From NCBI GenBank assembly GCA_964057225.1, contig OZ059897.1, positions 4,340,001 through 4,404,000 on the forward strand: a DNA stretch of 64,000 nucleotides, in the 5' to 3' direction. This document shows, in pieces, positions 9,632 to 23,825 of this stretch (positions are counted from its first letter, which is position 1; the number at the start of each line of letters is the position of its first letter). The stretch is from Auanema rhodensis. Its lineage: Eukaryota > Animalia > Nematoda. Under the pieces are notes generated by a model that was given only the letters and a program-made list of their open reading frames with translations, made no database searches and was not told the origin of the DNA. A program made the translations under genes and the position numbers.

Positions 9632-12600
9632 ATGATTTTTTCGTTGAAAAACATTGTCCATCGTATTCGTCTTGAAAAAAAGAATCTAAAAACATCTACT
9701 TTTTGTGAAATTATTCAGAAATTTTTCGGGAAAATTTTTGTCAAAATGTTTTTGGAAGCAATGTTGAGTGTACATGGGAACTCAACATACACTAATGCAT
9801 TATTTTTCAAACGATCATAACTAATTTTTGTATGGAGCGTTTCTCAATGTAGTATAGTGCATTCGATGCGGATTTTTAAGCTGCGTTGATCTGTGTTATC
9901 AGATTTGCGCTAGCTTAAAAATGCACCGAGTAATCAACTGATATAGGTTCACACTTATATCCTCGATTTTCACCCTGAAGAATTAATTTTTTCGTTGAAT
10001 AACATTGTCCATCGTCTTTGCCTTGAAAAAAGAAATCTAAAAACTCCTACTTTTTGTGAAATTATTTAGAAATTTTTCGGGAAAATTTTTGTCACAATGT
10101 TTTTGGAAGCAATGTTGAGTGTACATGGGAACTCAACATACACTAATGCATTATTTTTCAAACGATCATAACTAATTTTTGTATGGAGCGTTTCTCAATG
10201 TAGTATAGTGCATTCGATGCGGATTTTTAAGCTGCGTTGATCTGTGTTATCAGATTTGCGCTAGCTTAAAAATGCACCGAGTAATCAACTGATATAGGTT
10301 CACACTTATATCCTCGATTTTCACCCTGAAGAATTAATTTTTTCGTTGAATAACATTGTCCATCGTCTTTGCCTTGAAAAAAGAAATCTAAAAACTCCTA
10401 CTTTTCGTGAAATTATTTAGAAATTTTTCGGGAAAATTTTTGTCACAATGTTTTTGGAAGCAATGTTGAGTGTACATGGGAATTCAGCATACACTAATGC
10501 ATTATTTTTCAAACGATCATAACTAATTTTTGTATAGAGCGTTTCTCAATGTAGTATAGTGCATTCGATGCGGATTTTTAAGCTGCGTCGATCTGTGTTA
10601 TCAGATTTGAGTTAGCTTGAAAATGCACCGAGATATCAACTGATATATGTTCACACTTATATCCTCGATTTTCACCCTGAAGAAATGATTTTTTCGTTGA
10701 AAAACATTGTCCATCGTATTCGTCTTGAAAAAAGGAATCTAAAAACATCTACTTTTTGTGAAATTATTTAGAAATTTTTCGGGAAAATTTTTGTCACAAT
10801 GTTTTTGGAAGCAATGTTGAGTGTACATGGGAACTCAGCATACACTAATGCATTATTTTTCAAACGATCATAACTAATTTTTGTATAGAGCGTCTCTCAT
10901 TGTAATATAGTGCATTCGATGCGGATTTTTAAGCTGCGTCGATCTGTGTTATCAGATTTGCGCTAGCTTAAAAATGCACCGAGTAATCAACTGATATAGG
11001 TTCACACTTATATCCTCGATTTTAACCCTGAAGAATTAATTTTTTCGTTGAATAACATTGTCCATCGTCTTTGCCTTGAAAAAAGAAATCTAAAAACTCC
11101 TACTTTTTGTGAAATTATTAAGAAATTTTTCGGGAAAATTTTTGTCACAATGTTTTTGGAAGCAATGTTGAGTGTACATGGGAACTCAGCATACACTAAT
11201 GCATTATTTTTCGAACGATCATAACTAATTTTTGTATAGAGCGTTTCTCAATGTAGTATAGTGCATTCGATGCGGATTTTTAAGCTGCGTCGATCTGTGT
11301 TATCAGATTTGCGCTAGCTTAAAAATGCACCGAGTAATCAACTGATATAGGTTCACACTTATATCCTCGATTTTCACCCTGAAGAATTAATTTTTTCGTT
11401 GAATAACATTGTCCATCGTCTTTGCCTTGAAAAAAGAAATCTAAAAACTCCTACTTTTTGTGAAATTATTTAGAAATTTTTCGGGAAAATTTTTGTCACA
11501 ATGTTTTTGGAAGCAATGTTGAGTGTACATGGGAACTCAACATACACTAATGCATTATTTTTCAAACGATCATAACTAATTTTTGTATAGAGCGTTTCTC
11601 AATGTAGTATAGTGCATTCGATGCGGATTTTTAAGCTGCGTCGATCTGTGTTATCAGATTTGAGTTAGCTTGAAAATGCACCGAGATATCAACTGATATA
11701 TGTTCACACTTATATCCTCGATTTTCACCCTGAAGAATTAATTTTTTCGTTGAATAACATTGTCCATCGTCTTTGCCTTGAAAAAAGAAATCTAAAAACT
11801 CCTACTTTTTGTGAAATTATTTAGAAATTTTTCGGGAAAATTTTTGTCACAATGTTTTTGGAAGCAATGTTGAGTGTACATGGGAACTCAACATACACTA
11901 ATGCATTATTTTTCAAACGATCATAACTAATTTTTGTATGGAGCGTTTCTCAATGTAGTATAGTGCATTCGATGCGGATTTTTAAGCTGCGTTGATCTGT
12001 GTTATCAGATTTGCGCTAGCTTAAAAATGCACCGAGTAATCAACTGATATAGGTTCACACTTATATCCTCGATTTTCACCCTGAAGAATTAATTTTTTCG
12101 TTGAATAACATTGTCCATCGTCTTTGCCTTGAAAAAAGAAATCTAAAAACTCCTACTTTTTGTGAAATTATTTAGAAATTTTTCGGGAAAATTTTTGTCA
12201 CAATGTTTTTGGAAGCAATGTTGAGTGTACATGGGAACTCAGCATACACTAATGCATTATTTTTCAAACGATCATAACTAATTTTTGTATGGAGCGTTTC
12301 TCAATGTAGTATAGTGCATTCGATGCGGATTTTTAAGCTGCGTTGATCTGTGTTATCAGATTTGCGCTAGCTTAAAAATGCACCGAGTAATCAACTGATA
12401 TAGGTTCACACTTATATCCTCGATTTTCACCCTGAAGAATTAATTTTTTCGTTGAATAACATTGTCCATCGTCTTTGCCTTGAAAAAAGAAATCTAAAAA
12501 CTCCTACTTTTCGTGAAATTATTTAGAAATTTTTCGGGAAAATTTTTGTCACAATGTTTTTGGAAGCAATGTTGAGTGTACATGGGAACTCAGCATACAC

Positions 12601-15600
12601 TAATGCATTATTTTTCAAACGATCATAACTAATTTTTGTATAGAGCGTTTCTCAATGTAGTATAGTGCATTCGATGCGGATTTTTAAGCTGCGTTGATCT
12701 GTGTTATCAGATTTGAGTTAGCTTAAAAATGCACCGAGATATCAACTGATATATGTTCACACTTATATCCTCGATTTTCACCCTGAAGAAATGATTTTTT
12801 CGTTGAAAAACATTGTCCATCGTATTCGTCTTGAAAAAAAGAATCTAAAAACATCTACTTTTTGTGAAATTATTCAGAAATTTTTCGGGAAAATTTTTGT
12901 CAAAATGTTTTTGGAAGCAATGTTGAGTGTACATGGGAACTCAACATACACTAATGCATTATTTTTCAAACGATCATAACTAATTTTTGTATGGAGCGTT
13001 TCTCAATGTAGTATAGTGCATTCGATGCGGATTTTTAAGCTGCGTTGATCTGTGTTATCAGATTTGCGCTAGCTTAAAAATGCACCGAGTAATCAACTGA
13101 TATAGGTTCACACTTATATCCTCGATTTTCACCCTGAAGAATTAATTTTTTCGTTGAATAACATTGTCCATCGTCTTTGCCTTGAAAAAAGAAATCTAAA
13201 AACTCCTACTTTTTGTGAAATTATTTAGAAATTTTTCGGGAAAATTTTTGTCACAATGTTTTTGGAAGCAATGTTGAGTGTACATGGGAACTCAACATAC
13301 ACTAATGCATTATTTTTCAAACGATCATAACTAATTTTTGTATGGAGCGTTTCTCAATGTAGTATAGTGCATTCGATGCGGATTTTTAAGCTGCGTTGAT
13401 CTGTGTTATCAGATTTGCGCTAGCTTAAAAATGCACCGAGTAATCAACTGATATAGGTTCACACTTATATCCTCGATTTTCACCCTGAAGAATTAATTTT
13501 TTCGTTGAATAACATTGTTCATCGTCTTTGCCTTGAAAAAAGAAATCTAAAAACTCCTACTTTTCGTGAAATTATTTAGAAATTTTTCGGGAAAATTTTT
13601 GTCACAATGTTTTTGGAAGCAATGTTGAGTGTACATGGGAACTCAGCATACACTAATGCATTATTTTTCAAACGATCATAACTAATTTTTGTATAGAGCG
13701 TTTCTCAATGTAGTATAGTGCATTCGATGCGGATTTTTAAGCTGCGTCGATCTGTGTTATCAGATTTGAGTTAGCTTAAAAATGCACCGAGATATCAACT
13801 GATATATGTTCACACTTATATCCTCGATTTTCACCCTGAAGAAATGATTTTTTCGTTGAAAAACATTGTCCATCGTATTCGTCTTGAAAAAAAGAATCTA
13901 AAAACATCTACTTTTTGTGAAATTATTCAGAAATTTTTCGGGAAAATTTTTGTCAAAATGTTTTTGGAAGCAATGTTGAGTGTACATGGGAACTCAGCAT
14001 ACACTAATGCATTATTTTTCAAACGATCATAACTAATTTTTGTATAGAGCGTTTCTCAATGTAGTATAGTGCATTCGATGCGGATTTTTAAGCTGCGTCG
14101 ATCTGTGTTATCAGATTTGAGTTAGCTTAAAAATGCACCGAGATATCAACTGATATATGTTCACACTTATATCCTCGATTTTCACCCTGAAGAAATGATT
14201 TTTTCGTTGAAAAACATTGTCCATCGTATTCGTCTTGAAAAAAAGAATCTAAAAACATCTACTTTTTGTGAAATTATTCAGAAATTTTTCGGGAAAATTT
14301 TTGTCAAAATGTTTTTGGAAGCAATGTTGAGTGTACATGGGAACTCAACATACACTAATGCATTATTTTTCAAACGATCATAACTAATTTTTGTATGGAG
14401 CGTTTCTCAATGTAGTATAGTGCATTCGATGCGGATTTTTAAGCTGCGTTGATCTGTGTTATCAGATTTGCGCTAGCTTAAAAATGCACCGAGTAATCAA
14501 CTGATATAGGTTCACACTTATATCCTCGATTTTCACCCTGAAGAATTAATTTTTTCGTTGAATAACATTGTCCATCATCTTTGCCTTGAAAAAAGAAATC
14601 TAAAAACTCCTACTTTTTGTGAAATTATTTAGAAATTTTTCGGGAAAATTTTTGTCACAATGTTTTTGGAAGCAATGTTGAGTGTACATGGGAACTCAGC
14701 ATACACTAATGCATTATTTTTCAAACGATCATAACTAATTTTTGTATGGAGCGTTTCTCAATGTAGTATAGTGCATTCGATGCGGATTTTTAAGCTGCGT
14801 TGATCTGTGTTATCAGATTTGCGCTAGCTTAAAAATGCACCGAGTAATCAACTGATATAGGTTCACACTTATATCCTCGATTTTCACCCTGAAGAATTAA
14901 TTTTTTCGTTGAATAACATTGTCCATCGTCTTTGCCTTGAAAAAAGAAATCTAAAAACTCCTACTTTTCGTGAAATAATTTAGAAATTTTTCGGGAAAAT
15001 TTTTGTCACAATGTTTTTGGAAGCAATGTTGAGTGTACATGGGAACTCAACATACACTAATGCATTATTTTTCAAACGATCATAACTAATTTTCGTATGG
15101 AGCGTTTCTCAATGTAGTATAGTGCATTCGATGCGGATTTTTAAGCTGCGTCGATCTGTGTTATCAGATTTGAGTTAGCTTAAAAATGCACCGAGATATC
15201 AACTGATATATGTTCACACTTATATCCTCGATTTTCACCCTGAAGAAATGATTTTTTCGTTGAAAAACATTGTCCATCGTATTCGTCTTGAAAAAAAGAA
15301 TCTAAAAACATCTACTTTTTGTGAAATTATTCAGAAATTTTTCGGGAAAATTTTTGTCAAAATGTTTTTGGAAGCAATGTTGAGTGTACATGGGAACTCA
15401 GCATACACTAATGCATTATTTTTCAAACGATCATAACTAATTTTTGTATAGAGCGTTTCTCAATGTAGTATAGTGCATTCGATGCGGATTTTTAAGCTGC
15501 GTCGATCTGTGTTATCAGATTTGAGTTAGCTTAAAAATGCACCGAGATATCAACTGATATATGTTCACACTTATATCCTCGATTTTCACCCTGAAGAAAT

Positions 15601-18600
15601 GATTTTTTCGTTGAAAAACATTGTCCATCGTATTCGTCTTGAAAAAAAGAATCTAAAAACATCTACTTTTTGTGAAATTATTCAGAAATTTTTCGGGAAA
15701 ATTTTTGTCAAAATGTTTTTGGAAGCAATGTTGAGTGTACATGGGAACTCAACATACACTAATGCATTATTTTTCAAACGATCATAACTAATTTTTGTAT
15801 GGAGCGTTTCTCAATGTAGTATAGTGCATTCGATGCGGATTTTTAAGCTGCGTTGATCTGTGTTATCAGATTTGCGCTAGCTTAAAAATGCACCGAGTAA
15901 TCAACTGATATAGGTTCACACTTATATCCTCGATTTTCACCCTGAAGAATTAATTTTTTCGTTGAATAACATTGTCCATCATCTTTGCCTTGAAAAAAGA
16001 AATCTAAAAACTCCTACTTTTTGTGAAATTATTTAGAAATTTTTCGGGAAAATTTTTGTCACAATGTTTTTGGAAGCAATGTTGAGTGTACATGGGAACT
16101 CAGCATACACTAATGCATTATTTTTCAAACGATCATAACTAATTTTTGTATGGAGCGTTTCTCAATGTAGTATAGTGCATTCGATGCGGATTTTTAAGCT
16201 GCGTTGATCTGTGTTATCAGATTTGCGCTAGCTTAAAAATGCACCGAGTAATCAACTGATATAGGTTCACACTTATATCCTCGATTTTCACCCTGAAGAA
16301 TTAATTTTTTCGTTGAATAACATTGTCCATCGTCTTTGCCTTGAAAAAAGAAATCTAAAAACTCCTACTTTTCGTGAAATTATTTAGAAATTTTTCGGGA
16401 AAATTTTTGTCACAATGTTTTTGGAAGCAATGTTGAGTGTACATGGGAACTCAACATACACTAATGCATTATTTTTCAAACGATCATAACTAATTTTTGT
16501 ATGGAGCGTTTCTCAATGTAGTATAGTGCATTCGATGCGGATTTTTAAGCTGCGTCGATCTGTGTTATCAGATTTGAGTTAGCTTAAAAATGCACCGAGA
16601 TATCAACTGATATATGTTCACACTTATATCCTCGATTTTCACCCTGAAGAATTAATTTTTTCGTTGAATAACATTGTCCATCATCTTTGCCTTGGAAAAA
16701 GAAATCTAAAAACTCCTACTTTTCGTGAAATTATTTAGAAATTTTTCGGGAAAATTTTTGTCACAATGTTTTTGGAAGCAATGTTGAGTGTACATGGGAA
16801 CTCAACATACACTAATGCATTATTTTTCAAACGATCATAACTAATTTTTGTATGGAGCGTTTCTCAATGTAGTATAGTGCATTCGATGCGGATTTTTAAG
16901 CTGCGTTGATCTGTGTTATCAGATTTGCGCTAGCTTAAAAATGCACCGAGTAATCAACTGATATAGGTTCACACTTATATCCTCGATTTTCACCCTGAAG
17001 AATTAATTTTTTCGTTGAATAACATTGTCCATCATCTTTGCCTTGAAAAAAGAAATCTAAAAACATCTACTTTTTGTGAAATTATTCAGAAATTTTTCGG
17101 GAAAATTTTTGTCAAAATGTTTTTGGAAGCAATGTTGAGTGTACATGGGAACTCAACATACACTAATGCATTATTTTTCAAACGATCATAACTAATTTTT
17201 GTATGGAGCGTTTCTCAATGTAGTATAGTGCATTCGATGCGGATTTTTAAGCTGCGTTGATCTGTGTTATCAGATTTGAGTTAGCTTAAAAATGCACCGA
17301 GATATCAACTGATATATGTTCACACTTATATCCTCGATTTTCACCCTGAAGAATTAATTTTTTCGTTGAATAACATTGTCCATCATCTTTGCCTTGGAAA
17401 AAGAAATCTAAAAACTCCTACTTTTTGTGAAATTATTTAGAAATTTTTCGGGAAAATTTTTGTCACAATGTTTTTGGAAGCAATGTTGAGTGTACATGGG
17501 AACTCAGCATACACTAATGCATTATTTTTCAAACGATCATAACTAATTTTTGTATAGAGCGTTTCTCAATGTAGTATAGTGCATTCGATGCGGATTTTTA
17601 AGCTGCGTCGATCTGTGTTATCAGATTTGAGTTAGCTTAAAAATGCACCGAGATATCAACTGATATATGTTCACACTTATATCCTCGATTTTCACCCTGA
17701 AGAAATGATTTTTTCGTTGAAAAACATTGTCCATCGTATTCGTCTTGAAAAAAAGAATCTAAAAACATCTACTTTTTGTGAAATTATTCAGAAATTTTTC
17801 GGGAAAATTTTTGTCAAAATGTTTTTGGAAGCAATGTTGAGTGTACATGGGAACTCAACATACACTAATGCATTATTTTTCAAACGATCATAACTAATTT
17901 TTGTATGGAGCGTTTCTCAATGTAGTATAGTGCATTCGATGCGGATTTTTAAGCTGCGTTGATCTGTGTTATCAGATTTGCGCTAGCTTAAAAATGCACC
18001 GAGTAATCAACTGATATAGGTTCACACTTATATCCTCGATTTTCACCCTGAAGAATTAATTTTTTCGTTGAATAACATTGTCCATCGTCTTTGCCTTGAA
18101 AAAAGAAATCTAAAAACTCCTACTTTTTGTGAAATTATTTAGAAATTTTTCGGGAAAATTTTTGTCACAATGTTTTTGGAAGCAATGTTGAGTGTACATG
18201 GGAACTCAACATACACTAATGCATTATTTTTCAAACGATCATAACTAATTTTTGTATGGAGCGTTTCTCAATGTAGTATAGTGCATTCGATGCGGATTTT
18301 TAAGCTGCGTTGATCTGTGTTATCAGATTTGCGCTAGCTTAAAAATGCACCGAGTAATCAACTGATATAGGTTCACACTTATATCCTCGATTTTCACCCT
18401 GAAGAATTAATTTTTTCGTTGAATAACATTGTCCATCGTCTTTGCCTTGAAAAAAGAAATCTAAAAACTCCTACTTTTCGTGAAATTATTTAGAAATTTT
18501 TCGGGAAAATTTTTGTCACAATGTTTTTGGAAGCAATGTTGAGTGTACATGGGAATTCAGCATACACTAATGCATTATTTTTCAAACGATCATAACTAAT

Positions 18601-21600
18601 TTTTGTATAGAGCGTTTCTCAATGTAGTATAGTGCATTCGATGCGGATTTTTAAGCTGCGTCGATCTGTGTTATCAGATTTGAGTTAGCTTGAAAATGCA
18701 CCGAGATATCAACTGATATATGTTCACACTTATATCCTCGATTTTCACCCTGAAGAAATGATTTTTTCGTTGAAAAACATTGTCCATCGTATTCGTCTTG
18801 AAAAAAGGAATCTAAAAACATCTACTTTTTGTGAAATTATTTAGAAATTTTTCGGGAAAATTTTTGTCACAATGTTTTTGGAAGCAATGTTGAGTGTACA
18901 TGGGAACTCAGCATACACTAATGCATTATTTTTCAAACGATCATAACTAATTTTTGTATAGAGCGTCTCTCATTGTAATATAGTGCATTCGATGCGGATT
19001 TTTAAGCTGCGTCGATCTGTGTTATCAGATTTGCGCTAGCTTAAAAATGCACCGAGTAATCAACTGATATAGGTTCACACTTATATCCTCGATTTTAACC
19101 CTGAAGAATTAATTTTTTCGTTGAATAACATTGTCCATCGTCTTTGCCTTGAAAAAAGAAATCTAAAAACTCCTACTTTTTGTGAAATTATTAAGAAATT
19201 TTTCGGGAAAATTTTTGTCACAATGTTTTTGGAAGCAATGTTGAGTGTACATGGGAACTCAGCATACACTAATGCATTATTTTTCGAACGATCATAACTA
19301 ATTTTTGTATAGAGCGTTTCTCAATGTAGTATAGTGCATTCGATGCGGATTTTTAAGCTGCGTCGATCTGTGTTATCAGATTTGCGCTAGCTTAAAAATG
19401 CACCGAGTAATCAACTGATATAGGTTCACACTTATATCCTCGATTTTCACCCTGAAGAATTAATTTTTTCGTTGAATAACATTGTCCATCGTCTTTGCCT
19501 TGAAAAAAGAAATCTAAAAACTCCTACTTTTTGTGAAATTATTTAGAAATTTTTCGGGAAAATTTTTGTCACAATGTTTTTGGAAGCAATGTTGAGTGTA
19601 CATGGGAACTCAACATACACTAATGCATTATTTTTCAAACGATCATAACTAATTTTTGTATAGAGCGTTTCTCAATGTAGTATAGTGCATTCGATGCGGA
19701 TTTTTAAGCTGCGTCGATCTGTGTTATCAGATTTGAGTTAGCTTGAAAATGCACCGAGATATCAACTGATATATGTTCACACTTATATCCTCGATTTTCA
19801 CCCTGAAGAATTAATTTTTTCGTTGAATAACATTGTCCATCGTCTTTGCCTTGAAAAAAGAAATCTAAAAACTCCTACTTTTTGTGAAATTATTTAGAAA
19901 TTTTTCGGGAAAATTTTTGTCACAATGTTTTTGGAAGCAATGTTGAGTGTACATGGGAACTCAACATACACTAATGCATTATTTTTCAAACGATCATAAC
20001 TAATTTTTGTATGGAGCGTTTCTCAATGTAGTATAGTGCATTCGATGCGGATTTTTAAGCTGCGTTGATCTGTGTTATCAGATTTGCGCTAGCTTAAAAA
20101 TGCACCGAGTAATCAACTGATATAGGTTCACACTTATATCCTCGATTTTCACCCTGAAGAATTAATTTTTTCGTTGAATAACATTGTCCATCGTCTTTGC
20201 CTTGAAAAAAGAAATCTAAAAACTCCTACTTTTTGTGAAATTATTTAGAAATTTTTCGGGAAAATTTTTGTCACAATGTTTTTGGAAGCAATGTTGAGTG
20301 TACATGGGAACTCAGCATACACTAATGCATTATTTTTCAAACGATCATAACTAATTTTTGTATGGAGCGTTTCTCAATGTAGTATAGTGCATTCGATGCG
20401 GATTTTTAAGCTGCGTTGATCTGTGTTATCAGATTTGCGCTAGCTTAAAAATGCACCGAGTAATCAACTGATATAGGTTCACACTTATATCCTCGATTTT
20501 CACCCTGAAGAATTAATTTTTTCGTTGAATAACATTGTCCATCGTCTTTGCCTTGAAAAAAGAAATCTAAAAACTCCTACTTTTCGTGAAATTATTTAGA
20601 AATTTTTCGGGAAAATTTTTGTCACAATGTTTTTGGAAGCAATGTTGAGTGTACATGGGAACTCAGCATACACTAATGCATTATTTTTCAAACGATCATA
20701 ACTAATTTTTGTATAGAGCGTTTCTCAATGTAGTATAGTGCATTCGATGCGGATTTTTAAGCTGCGTTGATCTGTGTTATCAGATTTGAGTTAGCTTAAA
20801 AATGCACCGAGATATCAACTGATATATGTTCACACTTATATCCTCGATTTTCACCCTGAAGAAATGATTTTTTCGTTGAAAAACATTGTCCATCGTATTC
20901 GTCTTGAAAAAAAGAATCTAAAAACATCTACTTTTTGTGAAATTATTCAGAAATTTTTCGGGAAAATTTTTGTCAAAATGTTTTTGGAAGCAATGTTGAG
21001 TGTACATGGGAACTCAACATACACTAATGCATTATTTTTCAAACGATCATAACTAATTTTTGTATGGAGCGTTTCTCAATGTAGTATAGTGCATTCGATG
21101 CGGATTTTTAAGCTGCGTTGATCTGTGTTATCAGATTTGCGCTAGCTTAAAAATGCACCGAGTAATCAACTGATATAGGTTCACACTTATATCCTCGATT
21201 TTCACCCTGAAGAATTAATTTTTTCGTTGAATAACATTGTCCATCGTCTTTGCCTTGAAAAAAGAAATCTAAAAACTCCTACTTTTTGTGAAATTATTTA
21301 GAAATTTTTCGGGAAAATTTTTGTCACAATGTTTTTGGAAGCAATGTTGAGTGTACATGGGAACTCAACATACACTAATGCATTATTTTTCAAACGATCA
21401 TAACTAATTTTTGTATGGAGCGTTTCTCAATGTAGTATAGTGCATTCGATGCGGATTTTTAAGCTGCGTTGATCTGTGTTATCAGATTTGCGCTAGCTTA
21501 AAAATGCACCGAGTAATCAACTGATATAGGTTCACACTTATATCCTCGATTTTCACCCTGAAGAATTAATTTTTTCGTTGAATAACATTGTTCATCGTCT

Positions 21601-23825
21601 TTGCCTTGAAAAAAGAAATCTAAAAACTCCTACTTTTCGTGAAATTATTTAGAAATTTTTCGGGAAAATTTTTGTCACAATGTTTTTGGAAGCAATGTTG
21701 AGTGTACATGGGAACTCAGCATACACTAATGCATTATTTTTCAAACGATCATAACTAATTTTTGTATAGAGCGTTTCTCAATGTAGTATAGTGCATTCGA
21801 TGCGGATTTTTAAGCTGCGTCGATCTGTGTTATCAGATTTGAGTTAGCTTAAAAATGCACCGAGATATCAACTGATATATGTTCACACTTATATCCTCGA
21901 TTTTCACCCTGAAGAAATGATTTTTTCGTTGAAAAACATTGTCCATCGTATTCGTCTTGAAAAAAAGAATCTAAAAACATCTACTTTTTGTGAAATTATT
22001 CAGAAATTTTTCGGGAAAATTTTTGTCAAAATGTTTTTGGAAGCAATGTTGAGTGTACATGGGAACTCAGCATACACTAATGCATTATTTTTCAAACGAT
22101 CATAACTAATTTTTGTATAGAGCGTTTCTCAATGTAGTATAGTGCATTCGATGCGGATTTTTAAGCTGCGTCGATCTGTGTTATCAGATTTGAGTTAGCT
22201 TAAAAATGCACCGAGATATCAACTGATATATGTTCACACTTATATCCTCGATTTTCACCCTGAAGAAATGATTTTTTCGTTGAAAAACATTGTCCATCGT
22301 ATTCGTCTTGAAAAAAAGAATCTAAAAACATCTACTTTTTGTGAAATTATTCAGAAATTTTTCGGGAAAATTTTTGTCAAAATGTTTTTGGAAGCAATGT
22401 TGAGTGTACATGGGAACTCAACATACACTAATGCATTATTTTTCAAACGATCATAACTAATTTTTGTATGGAGCGTTTCTCAATGTAGTATAGTGCATTC
22501 GATGCGGATTTTTAAGCTGCGTTGATCTGTGTTATCAGATTTGCGCTAGCTTAAAAATGCACCGAGTAATCAACTGATATAGGTTCACACTTATATCCTC
22601 GATTTTCACCCTGAAGAATTAATTTTTTCGTTGAATAACATTGTCCATCATCTTTGCCTTGAAAAAAGAAATCTAAAAACTCCTACTTTTTGTGAAATTA
22701 TTTAGAAATTTTTCGGGAAAATTTTTGTCACAATGTTTTTGGAAGCAATGTTGAGTGTACATGGGAACTCAGCATACACTAATGCATTATTTTTCAAACG
22801 ATCATAACTAATTTTTGTATGGAGCGTTTCTCAATGTAGTATAGTGCATTCGATGCGGATTTTTAAGCTGCGTTGATCTGTGTTATCAGATTTGCGCTAG
22901 CTTAAAAATGCACCGAGTAATCAACTGATATAGGTTCACACTTATATCCTCGATTTTCACCCTGAAGAATTAATTTTTTCGTTGAATAACATTGTCCATC
23001 GTCTTTGCCTTGAAAAAAGAAATCTAAAAACTCCTACTTTTCGTGAAATAATTTAGAAATTTTTCGGGAAAATTTTTGTCACAATGTTTTTGGAAGCAAT
23101 GTTGAGTGTACATGGGAACTCAACATACACTAATGCATTATTTTTCAAACGATCATAACTAATTTTCGTATGGAGCGTTTCTCAATGTAGTATAGTGCAT
23201 TCGATGCGGATTTTTAAGCTGCGTCGATCTGTGTTATCAGATTTGAGTTAGCTTAAAAATGCACCGAGATATCAACTGATATATGTTCACACTTATATCC
23301 TCGATTTTCACCCTGAAGAAATGATTTTTTCGTTGAAAAACATTGTCCATCGTATTCGTCTTGAAAAAAAGAATCTAAAAACATCTACTTTTTGTGAAAT
23401 TATTCAGAAATTTTTCGGGAAAATTTTTGTCAAAATGTTTTTGGAAGCAATGTTGAGTGTACATGGGAACTCAGCATACACTAATGCATTATTTTTCAAA
23501 CGATCATAACTAATTTTTGTATAGAGCGTTTCTCAATGTAGTATAGTGCATTCGATGCGGATTTTTAAGCTGCGTCGATCTGTGTTATCAGATTTGAGTT
23601 AGCTTAAAAATGCACCGAGATATCAACTGATATATGTTCACACTTATATCCTCGATTTTCACCCTGAAGAAATGATTTTTTCGTTGAAAAACATTGTCCA
23701 TCGTATTCGTCTTGAAAAAAAGAATCTAAAAACATCTACTTTTTGTGAAATTATTCAGAAATTTTTCGGGAAAATTTTTGTCAAAATGTTTTTGGAAGCA
23801 ATGTTGAGTGTACATGGGAACTCAG
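9345..23825. repeat. Block duplication: ~9345-15752 repeated at ~17418-23825 (offset 8073 bp = 23 monomers)
   Basis: Rare variants recur at exactly +8073: GAATTC 10480/18553, CGTCTCTCATTGTAAT 10891/18964, TTGTTCATC 13519/21592, GAAATAATT 14972/23045, TTTCGTATGG 15091/23164. The ORF pattern from 9632 to 15599 repeats from 17705 to 23672. Confidence 0.92.

Noticed and set aside
127-19269. Four copies of a 62-aa - strand ORF (MYAEFPCTLN...)
   Set aside because: It is open only in one rare haplotype through chance loss of stop codons, with no coding signal.
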